Shown: positions 38,427 to 51,897 of the stretch, one piece after another | Layout: each line of letters opens with the position of its first letter | How positions within the stretch are numbered: position 1 is the stretch's first letter | DNA from: Lingula anatina | Taxonomy: Eukaryota > Animalia > Brachiopoda | DNA length: 64,000 bases | Reading direction: 5' to 3' | Assembly: GCA_051362555.1 (NCBI GenBank) | Contig: CM120641.1 | Coordinates: 19,344,001 to 19,408,000 of the forward strand | Position numbers and translations under genes: made by a program | The notes under the pieces: generated by a model | Told to the model about the DNA's origin: nothing | Seen by the model: only the letters and a program-made list of their open reading frames with translations | Databases searched by the model: none

Positions 38427-41400
38427 ATGTCTGACTCGGCGAAGGTAAACAACGATAATATTATTTTTATGTATTATTTCGAATGTTCGATTTTGTGTGA
38501 ACACAACATGGATGACTGCGTTGGTTTCTCTTTTCTTTAAGTACCGTACATTTAGAAATTGAAATGTGTTCTTAGTACTTTCAGTGCACTCGCTCTCTGT
38601 GACTTTATCCGTCTATCTCCCTCCCTTTCTTCCGAGGAACGATACTTTCAGTTTCACTTGCATACTTACATGTTTATCCAGAATTTTGAGTGTGTTATCT
38701 AATGAAGGTTAAACCAGGTGCATCCAAACATATGTTGACTTTTTATGTTACAGAATGCTGCCTTTCTCAAAATAATAACACGAAATTAACATGTTTCTGA
38801 AAGTTGTACAGGTACAGTACTAGTACATGTACAAGCCCAAACGTTAGCCCATGTGATGATGACTTGCAAATGTTCTCATCTATAGTAATGTAATGATAGC
38901 AAAAGAAATTGCTGTCATGTGTGTACAATGATTAACAGATTTAAAGTCTGCAGACTAGACTAAAAATAAGTACATGTATTAGTGCTAGTATAGCCACAAT
39001 TGTCCAATTTTGCTGATCACAGTGCAAAATACAGTAAATAAAATATCTGTCTCACGGGCGGATTGAGGCTGTCTTCTGGGTCTTCCAGAAGACAGTCAGA
39101 TTTTTGAGTTTACATTGATGGGTGTCTAATTTGTCTGTGGGAAGATTGAGGATGGATCAACAAAGATAACTTGGAAGACTGTCAGAAAATATATCTGGAT
39201 CTGCCAGCTGTGTCTGTCTAGATATATCATTGTAATATATCTGCCAGCTGTGTCTGTCTAGATATATTACAATGATACACATTTCATGGCCAAAAACAGG
39301 TGTTCCAGGTTTTGCAGGTGATGCCATAATCAAGAATTTACCAAGTGGTTGGACCTGCCAAACATTTTCTTGTAGCCCACTTTTCAAATTGTGATGTCAA
39401 CTTGGCTTGAAATTCAGAACTATGATATGTTGTGTTTAAGCCATGATACATGCATTAAAGCAATCATTAGAAGAGCTTTTTGTCTATAACAGAATAAATT
39501 AAGAAAATATATAAATAAGTTCAAGATTTACTAATCAATATGAAATTTAATAAAGTATTTTCATTGTAAATTGAAAATTATGAATTTTTATTTATTACTG
39601 TAGTTTATTATTGGTGTTTCCAGATAGAGTTTGCTGTTCAAATGACATGTCAGAAATGCGTGGATGAAATAAAGAAAAACCTGAATAATGTAAAAGGTAG
39701 GAATTGGCAATTTTTTATCCTTTTCTTTAGTGATTGAATATACAGTACAAGTGAGTGATTACCTAATTCATGCGTTCTTGACAACAAATCGGGTGTTGGA
39801 GTAGCACACATAGATTTTAACTTGTAATAGTAATTGGAGATACAGTTTTCCTAGGGAAGAAAAATTGGTCAAGTTAATTATTGGGCAGACTGCAAGAGTT
39901 ATATTTTAGAGTTTTCAAAATGGTTCTTTGCCTTTTTACTTTGACATTTGTCAACATATTAAAAATGCTCTGTCTGAGTTAAAATACCGGTAGTTACGAT
40001 CATTGTTGAAAATTGACATGATTAGATCTGTCCAAAAGGATCCGATAGTTAAATGGACATTTAGCTGCAACATTAAGATAAGAGTCTTTGTTAAAATTGA
40101 GCCTTAAAAGTATCAATTTATTATTTTTTTTACAAATATTATCCAATTTTATTTTTAGCATTGATTTACCTGTATAGCAACATTACTGTTGATATATATT
40201 AGACAACTGACATTCTTCACATTTCCTTATACCTGAAACATTTATTAGACTAAGTATGATATTATAAGAAAGTAAGTGTTTGACAGTTGAAATATGTGCC
40301 TTATTGTGTGTAGAAGAAGAATATACATATTCTTCCACTGAATTTGATTCCAGATATGTCAAAACCTACATGAATTGTCTTTTAAAGTCCCAAAAGTTGG
40401 ATTGTTTTTCTCTGTAGATTTTGATAATTTTGTCAGTGCACAAACCTTGCAGCACAGTAGATATTGAACATTCAGTATACTCAGTAGAAACTTTTATGAC
40501 AATTCCAGGAATACAGTCACTTGAAATAAATCTTGAGAAGGAACAGGTAATAGTAGAAACCAGTCTTCCATCAGAAGAGGTCAAACAGCTTCTAGAACAG
40601 AGTGGGAAGAGGGCTGTTATAATGGGTTATGGCTCAGGAAGTGGTAAGTGTCCAAGTAATATAGTATTATTCTTCTGTTATACCCAGTACTTTGACAGGG
40701 GCGGATTTAGGCCGTCTTCTGGGTCTTCCGGAAGACGGTCAGAATTTCAAGTTTACATTGACTGGTATCTAATTTTTTTCTGTCGGAAGACGGTCAAAAT
40801 GGTGGATGGATGAACAAAGATAATTTGGAAGACTGTCAGAAAATATCTCTGAATCCGCCCCTGTTTGACCCACAGCAAATACATAATCATTTTTAATCAG
40901 TTGATTGTCTTTATTGTTGTCTCTAGTCTCAGAGTTTTAACTCTGTTTAAACAAACAATAATGTGATAAGATTTTTCCACGAAGATTTATAAAGGATGTA
41001 CACTGTATGCTCACACTTACATTGATATATACAAGTATTCAAATTTATGACAGTTATATTATTATATGTAAAAAATAAATGCATACATGTTTATTGTGTG
41101 TAATTGAATTTTAGGTAGATATTTATAAGTAATCAGGACCGTAGCCAGAGGGGTTTGGGGGGTTCAAACAAACTGCCCATTTCGCCAGGAAAAGGTCCAC
41201 TTTGGCTGAAATTTGATCTAGGTACACGAAAGGTTACATGGTAAAAGGTCCATTTTTTCAGAAAAAGACCCTCCCCCCTTTTAAATTGTTGGCTTTTAAA
41301 TTGTTGTTCTGTTCCATCTCTGTACAGTATCACAGCATCTTGGTGCAGCAGTGGCTATGATAGAAGGTCCAGTCAGTGTGAAAGGAGTGACCAGACTAGT

Positions 41401-42413
41401 GCAGATAGATGAAAACAAGTGTGTTATAGATGGTACATTAGATGGGCTGACTCCTGGAAAAAATCAGCTGTCAATACATGAGTTAGGAGATATTTCATTA
41501 GGATGTGAAAGGTATATTATAATTACTTTTACACACTCATTTTAGGAATTCAGAAATATTTTTGTGCCATGGTTTCTTTGAATCAGGACACAAATGCCAA
41601 GTTCTTCCTCATCAAGGGTTTTGATTGCTTTGAGATTATCTTTGTAGAAAGGATGTTTGAAGTCTTTTCATCTGTATTTACATCTTTTTATGACAATTTG
41701 GAGAAAAATGCTGTGGCATTATCACTAAAAGAAAAATATTTATTTATTTTACAGCTGTGGAAAGATATATAACCCCCCAAATTCATCTGATAAAAAGGTA
41801 AGTGAGATTTATATCCATTAAACTTTGTTATATCAAAGTGCACAAACACACACAAACACACAGTAAACTCTCTGTACAAAAAAAGATATTTTTAAGGTCC
41901 TTTTTTACTTCATTTCTCTTGATAGAAATAAAATGAATACAATGGACATTGATTTGCATTTTCCTTTTTAATGGAGAGTTCCATTGTTCACAATTTGGAG
42001 GACTTGCCATGATCAAAAATTTCATGTATAATGTATGACATTCCCCACTTATAGCCAATTGGAGATCTAGGCCAAGTGCTGGCAGATGAAACAGGCCGCG
42101 CTGTGTTTAGGATGGAGAGTGACAAGATAAAGGTCTGGGATGTCATAGGCAGGTCCATGATCATAGCTGGAGCAAAGGCCTCAGTATTAAGCAGGTAAGC
42201 AAGGAAAGGATGTGAGCTAGATATTCCATCTCTATCAGATATTTGATAATGTAAAAAAGTTATTCACCAATTGAATGTGTGAAAATCTGCTAACCTTAGA
42301 AAGTGAGAGATGATCAGATCGTGCCTCAGTTTAATTGCTTTATGTCAAGACAACTTTTCATTGCTTCTCCAAGATAAATGTATTTTGACTGTGCTCCTTT
42401 GAGACAATTTAAC

Positions 42414-42445
<32 letters not shown>

Positions 42446-42740
42446 TGATAATCAAAATTTCTCACCTACACTGTGTTGCAGTGTTAAGATCTCCATTTTT
42501 TCTTATTTGGATGACAATTATGTAGAGAAAATATATTGAGGTGTTTCATCTCATGAATATTTTCACCATTTTTCCACTTCTAGGATGGGCTGTGGCATAA
42601 TAGCAAGATCAGCTGGCCTCTTTCAAAACTCAAAAAAGATTTGTGCCTGTGATGGAGTTGTTCTTTGGGATGAAAGAGATGTGCCTATTGCTGGAGCTGA
42701 AAGGTCGACCAAAGCTGCACATCGGATGGGAGAAAATTAA
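38427..42740 (+). CDS. CCS: Copper chaperone for superoxide dismutase, 7 coding exons
   Basis: Exons 38427-38444, 39624-39696, 40509-40643, 41328-41511, 41755-41797, 42055-42194 and 42584-42740 are phase-consistent. The HMA domain is IEFAVQMTCQKCVDEIKK. The SOD-like domain includes LGAAVAMI..VIDGTLDGLTPG..GDLG..KVWDVIGRSM. Domain III is CGIIARSAGLFQNSKKICACDGVVLWDER. Confidence 0.96.
39053..39210 (+). mobile_element. Degenerate copy of the MITE at 40696-40863
   Basis: Shares GGCGGATT..GTCTTCTGGGTCTTCC.GAAGAC.GTCAGA...GTTTACATTGA...AACAAAGATAA.TTGGAAGACTGTCAGAAAATAT. A 29-bp local duplication follows (39199-39267). Confidence 0.75.
40696..40863. mobile_element. 168-bp MITE in CCS intron 3
   Basis: TIRs CAGGGGCGGATT / AATCCGCCCCTG. 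TTTGA is repeated immediately outside both ends, a possible 5-bp TSD. Confidence 0.8.
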
Positions 42741-43524
42741 CCTGTTGCAGCTTTTAAAGTTTTTCACCAGAAAGTCAATTACAGTGTATGAAGCACAGTG
42801 GGAATTTTTTAAGATCTTGCCTACTGCGAATAGAGGCACCACTGTTTCTCAGACATTAAAATTAAAATGATCGGAACAATGCTTGAGAACATTATAGAAC
42901 AGGTGTTGAGTGTTCCAAAACAATGATTCAGCATTGGGTTCACAGTAGGTGCTAAAGTACTCAACTTCAATATAATATTACAGACATTGACTGTACACAA
43001 GTATGAGTTTTGTACTTTCACCTTGGAATAATGAAGACATACATATAGAATTGTTCTGCTTTGCTTTAAAAGTTTGTCTCTTTTGAGGCTTGGCTTTTTT
43101 ATTTTTAAGGCTTTCTATTCATTGGGAAGCATTTATACTTTGTGATGGAAAAATTCCTTCATTTCTCACTTGCAAGATGGAAGGGGAAGCACTTTATCAT
43201 GCAATGTTTGTGTTCTTTCAGAATGCTTCATGGGGAGCAAAAAAAATAAAAGTGGATGATTTGTAGTCTTTTTGGACTGAATTGAGAAGTACAAGTGCTT
43301 TTGGGCATGTAAAGCAAGATTGAGATCGACAGATATCTTGTAAATAAAGACATTGTCAAATACTTTGTGCATTGATTTGTTAATTCAAATCGTCATTGCC
43401 TTTAAATTGCAGAGACTTATAAGACAAAATATGGCAGTTATAATGGTGCTTGAGTGGTATATATATATAACGTTTCTTAATAACTGGTGGCCTTTCATAT
43501 AGTCTGCTTACGAGATTCATTTTA

Positions 43525-43686
43525 TTTCATCAAAAAGAGAACGAGGCAAAAGATGTTAAAATACCTGTATGTGCAGAAATTTTCAACTGCTCTTTGCTGC
43601 AGTCTTCCTCAGTGCTATTGTTTGACCACAAGTTGCACATACTACGGGTATATAACATCTTTTGCCTCATTCTCTTTTGGATGAAA
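43525..43686. mobile_element. Fold-back element / MITE with ~50-bp inverted arms
   Basis: TTTCATCAAAAAGAGAACGAGGCAAAAGATGTTAAAATACC.. is mirrored by ..GGTATATAACATCTTTTGCCTCATTCTCTTTTGGATGAAA. Confidence 0.75.
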
Positions 43687-44642
43687 AAAATGAAGACTAT
43701 ATTATACATGATACATCCAGATGAACTTATTTTCAAACTGGTATTATTGATTTTTACATTTTCAACAACCGACTTCTTCCGATGAAAGCAAGGAAAATAA
43801 ATAGTTAATAATTAATAATAGTTAATAATAGTTCACGAGGTTTTGTCAAGTTAAGATTTACTTTATTTATATATTTTTTTCGAGGGGGGGGGGAGGATGG
43901 GGCGAAAACGGAACGATGGGCACCTCCGAAGCTTGGGTGGCACTTTACCCACTTTACCCCATGGAGTACTTCACCATTTTGGACGTTACATTTCGGCCTA
44001 TGCACTTTCTTAACCACGCGGGCATTTTTCTGCTTATGAATAATCCCACATTAAAAAAATAACACCAAGACTTAAGTCGACTTTGGAACTTTTGGCACAC
44101 AGTCCATCTAAAATGATATCATCAAAGAGGTGTGCGTTTCATGTGAGACTAAACTAAGGTCACAAACTACTTTGATCGTAAGCCTTATGTAAAGTTGTAA
44201 TTTGTATACTGGGACTGTGGTTTAAAGAGAAATATATTGGGAACTTGAAGTTGTATTCAGATAAAATACATTTAATGATGATGAACAACATCATTAATAC
44301 GAACTGAATTCATCAAATAATGATAAAAAAGTAATTAAATCTGCTTGTATGGCCACTAGGTGCATCACATCTATGGCGTTTACGATCAAAAATTTTCATA
44401 CTTGATATCACATATATTTATCATTATGTATAGACACCTTTAAAATTCTTTGCATAATAAGTCTCCCCTGCGTCCATATAAAACGAGTCTTTGCGCCAAG
44501 AGCATTATTTTATTAGAGAATATACTTTGGCGTTGGGTGGCACGGTCTTGTGCCAGCTGAGCTGTGTCACGGGAGGTCTGAATAATTTTACCGCCTCTCT
44601 TTTTATAAATCGGATAAGTTTGTAGTTATTTTCTTCTGCAAT

Positions 44643-47270
44643 ATGTTGGGTCAGGCTTTTTATCTGGCATTTTTTCATGTTGGTTTGTTGACAGTGCTGA
44701 GTATTTTCCTCGAGATCGGTCTCACAGGTAGGTAATTCACGTCAACTGCATGTGCGCTGTATATTACCCATTATAATGATATCTCACATTAGCTGCCTCT
44801 TTGTTTTTGAAAAGGCTCAAAAATATATCATTATACAGCTTTCAATCATGCAATGTTGAGACAGCAACGGCATGACAAAGCTAAGCAAGGGACAGATAAT
44901 AGAAATAACGCAATTCGTCTAAAACTGCCTATATTCAGATTGTCTCTTTTACAGTGGGAGAAGATTCCGGCTGTGGAAACGAAAGGACGCGAACCAAGGC
45001 CCCTGGGAACCTCACGTCCCACCCTGAGTACGGCCAGACCCACATACCCCATAATAAATGCATGTGGTCCATACAGGCCCCTCCAGACAAGTACGTGGCC
45101 CTACAAGTCCAAGATTTTGGCAATCTACTGTGTCATTCGTCGTTGTTCCTATGGACTAATTTTGGCGGTAAGCGCTGGCCCGGCTGGCATGGCTGCTCCT
45201 TAGAGACGTCGGCAGAGATTCTGGGGTCGTCGTCCTCGTTCAGTTTCGGTACCAGACGAGGCGGGCTTTTGCAGCTCGTCTACAACGGCCTTACCGACCC
45301 AGCGAATAGAACGGGGTTTTTCATTACATATGATTTCAAAGGTAGGTATTATTATATGCATTATTAGAAAGTGTGACATGATTTAATTGCATTCGCGTTA
45401 GATATTTAGAAAATGGAAAACTACTCTCAAGGAAGCACCTTTAAGTTATTTTCTCGTACATGCATTGCTGTTTTATGATCAGACGAAGAAAAGCCTTTAT
45501 TTCTGAAATCTTCCCTCACTTTCTGAATGTCAACAACCTGCGAAGGCAAAGCTCATTCTGGACCGCAAAGTTCCTAAGGGGATACGAGCACCAGCCATCT
45601 ATTAATTCATGTCTGACGGAGTACGTTTTACATATCAATTTTATTTGTCCATTTGAAAAAAGGTCAAATAGGTACATCATGCTGCCTTTAAACGACATGA
45701 AATAGTCTTTTAAATTAAAATACCAATTGAACTAATTAAATGTTACTACAGAAAAATTTCTGGTAAACAGGCTTCCACTGACTTCTTGGCAAAAAAAAAA
45801 TAAATAAATAAAAATAATTATAATAAATAAATAAATTAAATAAATAAATAAATAGACTTAAATTCAAATTAACTTTCGTGTAGTGTACCAACCGTGGAAT
45901 ATACAGATATTTTACGTAAATTTTCAGAGCCCGGTTGTCATGGTTACACACGCCTTACTGGCACTCCAGCTTGGTTCGCCTCCCACCCTGGTGCAGGGCA
46001 CTGGGTCTCCGAAGGCAACGCACACTGCACGTGGACTATCACGGCTCCGCGGAATCAGTTCGTTGTGGTGAGGGCAGAAAATATTTGGCTGCATTGTGTG
46101 GGAGAATGGCAGACTTTAACAGTTTACGACAGCGCCGAGGCGAGAGAGGACACCTTGATCGCACGAATGGCTTGTTCCAACCGCCTACCATTGTACGCGT
46201 CCAGTGGTAACAACATGTTTTTTGTCTATAGAGACATCTGGGCAAGTTCTGGAAGAGGGTTTAACATCTCGTATTCTTTCCGTAAGTGATCACTTTTTTT
46301 CTTCTTTTACATAGATGCAAGGGGAAATAGTAAAATGGAATGATTGCTGGTACTTTTTAAACAAAACGTGATTATATGTCGCAGGAGAAAACTAAGGGGG
46401 TACTTACTTTGGCTCGAAATGAATAACTCGAAAACTCGTTTTGTCAACTGGTTTTGGATATGGTACTTTGCATGATAAAACAAAGAAAATTGTTGATTTT
46501 ATCCATAAATTTATTTATTTACTTCCCCTAAATCTGTATAACAGTCTAACGCACATTGGATACCTTTAACAAACCGTACTTATTAGTGACAATTCGTATT
46601 AATAGACAATAAACGTCAAAGTGGCTGTGGAGACGACATGTATTATAACAGCACCAGTGGAGTCTTGCAGTCTCACCCAGGGGCGGACGGCACAACCACT
46701 TCTCGCTATTTTCCCTGGTCACGATGTCACTGGAGTATCAACATTCCGTCTGGGGCCTGGTTAGGATTAAGGTAATAGACACAGGCTTCTTGCGTAAAAT
46801 TGATTATACATTAAAGACTAAGGCAGGATGATGGGCTGCACAATGCGAGCCAATTTTAGATCAACCTTCGCGCCAGGCACCCATTTTGGATTTGCGTATG
46901 ATACAAATACAAAATTCTAGTGTGAAAATTAAATCTAAAGTTACGCATATATTTTTACATCTATTTTACTACAACGAACTGTTCATTACTAAGTTTGTGA
47001 TATTTTTTATTTTTTTAGGTTCGAATGGTTCGACGTGTACGCAAGCTCAGTTAGCCAAGAGAAGAATTATTGTGAAGATGACAAATTAATAATCCAGATA
47101 GGAGAATTCAGACGAGAGTTCTGTAACATTCATCGGCCAGACGGCGATGGGCTCCGTATAAGACTGCCAAGTACACCGACAGTAATAAATATATCGTTTA
47201 TAACGGGACCTGTTAGTCTGTTCAACAAACAAGGAAGAGGATTTAGAATAGTATATGCAGGTACGTGGAC

Positions 47271-47327
<57 letters not shown>

Positions 47328-48459
47328 GCAGTAGGGGTAACATGCTGCCCACCCTGACCCCGTGGGGCTCACTCTAATAAAATCACCAATAATAATAATA
47401 ATAATAATAATAATCTTTTGATACTACTAGTAGCACTATGACCCGTCCCGATAAATGACCTTCACATATGAAGACTTTTTGTTTCATTTAACCATTCTTA
47501 CAGAGTAAATTATAAAAAAAGAATGTCAAGCTTTTTGTTACGTTAACGGGTCATGATGTTTTATTATTAACAAGTACAATAGTATGGCCTTACAGTTTTA
47601 AACTGAACTTTGTATATCCACAACAGAATCCATTCAACAGTAATATTACACATAATCCGACCTGTTGGTATCACATTTGATATTTCCTTCAGTAATATGT
47701 CGTACTGCAGACGACACTTACGTCGGTGTCCGCGAGGTCCACCGTCAGGACCACAACTGCAGTCATGGAGAGGTGCCAGCAGGGGACCTGGACCGAGTCT
47801 GCCTGCCCAACGGAACTCTTGCCGGAGTACCCGTTATCTGCAAACGTACGTGCAAACTAACTCAACAGGGGTTCAAAGAAAATGTTTTCTGTCAGTGAAC
47901 TCATCGACGTGAAAAGGAATTGAACCCCCAATAATCACGTTTTCGAACTGATTGACCTATTTGTAGATGTTTTCAATCCCATAAGTATAGTTTATAAAAA
48001 GTGATCTTATTTTAAGTTTTTTATATGTTTGTTTCTTAAATACGGATTTGATTGTTTGGAGAAAATGGTGTTTCCCATTACTTTTTAAAAGTTATGTTTT
48101 TCTACTTCAGAAAAAAAATCATGTTGTTTTATGTTTAAAACCTTCCAATTTTAATTACATACTAAATATTTCTCTAGAATTAGATTCAAGTATGAGCTTA
48201 AATTATGACCGCTTGATTTTTCATGTATAACAATCTTTGCTATTCCATGACATTTAGCCGTGGAGTGTGGCCTGGCTAGCGACGTAAGAAATGCTGTTCC
48301 CCACTACACCGGGACTACACACCGGGGCAGGGTGCGATACACTTGTACCAAAGGCCATGAGCACACGGTGGGGTCGGCTGAAAGGATTTGCACCGCAGAC
48401 GGTGTGTGGAAGTGGACAGGAGATCCCATGGAATGTGAAGGTAAAAGCTGACACATCCT

Positions 48460-48493
<34 letters not shown>

Positions 48494-48941
48494 CACAACG
48501 TACGGGAACGTGGCTGTATACTCCTGTCTTTCACTGAAAAACTTTTCATAAATGATTTGCACCCCCTACCCCATCTCGAGGTGTATTGGAGAAGATGAGG
48601 TTATGCACGTGTACCCTCTTTTCACAGTCTTTGATTGTGGCGCTTTTCAGAATTTTAGTCAATGAAGAAAGAAATTACCACTGAAGCCAAGTATTAGATC
48701 GCTGGGTCTAAAGGCTGCGTTTCTTCGTTCACTTCAGTTATAGATTGCGGAACACCACCTATTATAGAGGACGCTTCCTCAATTCTGCTGAATTCAAGTA
48801 CGTGGTACGAGAGTGTAGTTTCCTACTTCTGTCCAACGGGGTACTTTTCCCTTGATGGAAATAAGACAAAAGTGTGCCTAGATGACGGATTGTGGTACGG
48901 AGAAGACCTAATATGTCAACGTGAGTTCACAAAAATTGGTC

Positions 48942-48973
<32 letters not shown>

Positions 48974-51786
48974 GGACTCAAACATAAAGTGACTTGGCGA
49001 AATTTTAAAACAAATTTTGCCGTTTGAACTGTTACATTTTATGTTAAAGAATTTATAATTTATCTTTTTTATGTGAATTTAACGTTTTGGTGTAGTAAGC
49101 ACCAAAACTGTTTTATCCAAAAAGAAATTAAAAGCAAATTGATTTCTAGAAAACAGTAAAAACTGAGATTAATTAGACAATAAACCATTGCAGGCGTAAA
49201 TTGTGGATCCCCCGTTATTGTTGGTAACGCTACCAGGACTGTTGATACGACCTCTTACCTTGGGCGAGCGATCTATGCTTGCTTTCCCGGCTTTAGCACC
49301 CCGGACGGAGAGACCATAATCGTCAGAACTTGCAGTGCCTCGGGAAAATGGGAAGGGACGTTTCCTGAATGTAACAGTGGGTATACCGGTGACATTCATG
49401 TTGTCTAGATTGTTCCAATTGTTGAAGATAGAACTCGGAATTACACGGCCAGTTAATAGTAGTACACGAATAGACTTGTAACACGACTATTTTCTTTAAA
49501 TTTTCGACCCTTCATACCGTATGTGTTGGTTTAAAGAAGGTCTCATTTTAAAGTATTTAAGACAGATTGTTGAAGAAATTTAATTCACCCGACTGATGGC
49601 GTCTTGTGAGAATTAAAGTCTGCTAGTCTCTAAAAATTAAAATGGTTCAAAAAGTGAACAAGTCACGTTGCTTATCAGTTGTAGATTGTGGAATCCCAGA
49701 AAAGTTACACGGTACACGTATGCAGTACACAAGTACGGTGTATGGAAGCCTAGTTAATTATACCTGCGACACAGGCTACACCCACGTGCACGGCTGGAAA
49801 ACCAGGAAATGTCATCATAGCGGAGCATGGGTTGGGGAAGAGCCTGTTTGCCAAGGTAAAAATATCTCCTTCTTGATGCTATTTAAAGTAAACACAAAGA
49901 GAATTTAATAGTGACAATGTGGTGTTATCCGTGCTATTGTTCAAAATAACCATGAACCATTCTCTTTTGCCTTCCCAGTTGTAGACTGTGGTTCCCCGCC
50001 ATTGGTCCAGAACACAGTCAGCAGTCTGAACGGCACAACGTACGGGAACGTGGCTGTATACTCCTGTCTTCTCGGTTACCGGGCTGTTAATGGGTTCCAT
50101 AGCATTGCTACCTGTGACGCTGCCGGACACTGGATAGGGGAACATTTACGATGTGAAGGTTAGTGGTGTGTGTTCAAAATAAAGCGACGTTTGATAAGCT
50201 GCACGGTTTTTGACTAACTACGAAAATATAATCACCATACTAATTTATCACTGCAGGGTATGAATATGTTATTGGCTATGAATTTGATTAAATTTGTGTT
50301 TTTCTTTTGTTGTTTAGTAAATTGCAAATTAGTAATTGGCCTATTTAGACCCGCTCAGAATAATGTTATAAAAGAGGCTTAGCTTCTACCCTCAACCAGG
50401 GCCGCAGATTGATTTTTCACTAAATATTGTTTCTGGTTAAATAGATGGCTAATCTCTGCCTCAGCAAAAATGTCCACAACAATAACTGCGGTCCTGGTAG
50501 AAGGTATTAGCTTCAATGTTCCTCTAAAAATACACACTCCATGAACGTTATCTGTTGAATATTTCAACATTGTTTTAACAATATATTTAAATAAATAAAT
50601 TTTCTTTAGCATTAGATTGTGGGCCTCCCCCAAAGTTAGACAACTCCATAGTTCGGACACCATATGGTACTACCTACCTCAAGATTGCCATATACGTATG
50701 TCTCCCGGGCTACAGGGGAGTGTCATTCATGATAAAGTTTTGCAAAGAGGATAGTTTTTGGAAAGGACCAGATTTACAATGCATAGGTAATATTAGATAA
50801 CAAAACATCTTCACTTATCATTTTTGCCCAGTTTTGTTGCCATTTGATTCAACAGAGTATTTAACGTTACGAGATGAAGAGTTTGCAGGGCAAAAACTTA
50901 AAATAATGTCCTTATTGTATAAGCATTTAGTGTAACTTTGGACAATTTTTAAATTGCTTGTGTTGTATAGCATTTCCTTAATTTGGTCAATATGTGAATA
51001 GAAGTGGATTTTCAATGTTTTTTATTTAACTATTTCGTATAACTTTACTTTATTTCATCTACTTCAGCTGTCCCTACGAGTCAGACAAGTCATCCTGAGA
51101 TTGCAACTCCCGGTCTGTATAAAAGCACCAGCAATATCCTTTACCCTGGAACAAGAATGACTACAAGTCATCCAATGATTGGTGAACGCGCAGGTCTACT
51201 GTCAACGCATCGTCTGACCTCACTAAAACACGCGCCTGTGACAACAGTCAGCACCAACGCGGGACCAGATGTAAATGGCAAAGGAGTTTCAGCTTTGCGT
51301 GTCTCGGAGCACTCGGTCACACCGAACTCGACCTTTGTCCACAAAGATTCAGGGGATTCCCAAAAAGAACCAGAGGGTAAAACGAATGATGCAACTTTGC
51401 TATTGAAAAACGACACTCTTTCTGAAAACACTACTAAAAGTGCTCTCACGGCTTCAGATGTCTCTGGAAATTCACTGAAGTCAACTCAAGTCACCGTCAT
51501 CTCACTGGCGACGGCTACGGTCTTCCTTGTCGTCGTTGTTGTCCTGCTACTTCTACTTTACTATAGGTTCCTTAAAGGCAAAAACAGACGTTCTTCGCCC
51601 GGTGAGATAGTTAGATACCAGCCAGACAACCCCTTTCCTGTAGTACACGGGATGGAGAATCCGATATATGATACCAGTGTGATGCCGAACACGACAAACG
51701 AAGTCGCCAATGACGGTTCAGAGAGTATGCAAAATTATCTACCTGGAAATTCTTACATGACTGTTGATAACAACAGTGATGCATAA
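44643..51786 (+). CDS. Type-I membrane protein: signal peptide, 3 CUB, 7 Sushi/CCP (first degenerate), S/T-rich stalk, TM, cytoplasmic NPxY
   Basis: Exons: 44643-44727 (signal peptide MLGQAFYLAFFHVGLLTVLSIFLEIGLT), 44955-45341 (CUB1), 45928-46281 (CUB2), 46606-46771 plus 47019-47260 (CUB3). Sushi exons are 47693-47845, 48258-48440, 48738-48920, 49194-49376, 49679-49855, 49979-50158 and 50610-50786, all phase 1-1 with DCGxP...YxC...C...W...C. The last exon 51068-51786 has TM VTVISLATATVFLVVVVVLLLLLYY and MENPIYD. Confidence 0.9.
47274..47324. repeat. (TA)n microsatellite
   Basis: Directly visible, next to the donor of the CUB3 exon. Confidence 0.92.
50387..50506. mobile_element. 120-bp MITE, family shared with 56276-56408
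   Basis: TIRs TACCCTCAACCAGGGCCGCAG / CTGCGGTCCTGGTAGAAGGTA. 8-bp flanking direct repeat TTAGCTTC (50379-50386, 50507-50514). Confidence 0.82.
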
Positions 51787-51819
51787 AAGACAATAAAAAA
51801 GAAAAAGAAAATGTGTTTT

Positions 51820-51897
51820 TGTGTGTGTGTGTGTGTGTGGGGGGGGGGGGGGAAATAACGTTTGTGAACGCGTTCGTGAGAGAGAGAGAGAGAGAGA
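51820..51897. repeat. Compound (GT)n-polyG-(GA)n microsatellite between convergent 3' ends
   Basis: Directly visible. Confidence 0.85.
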
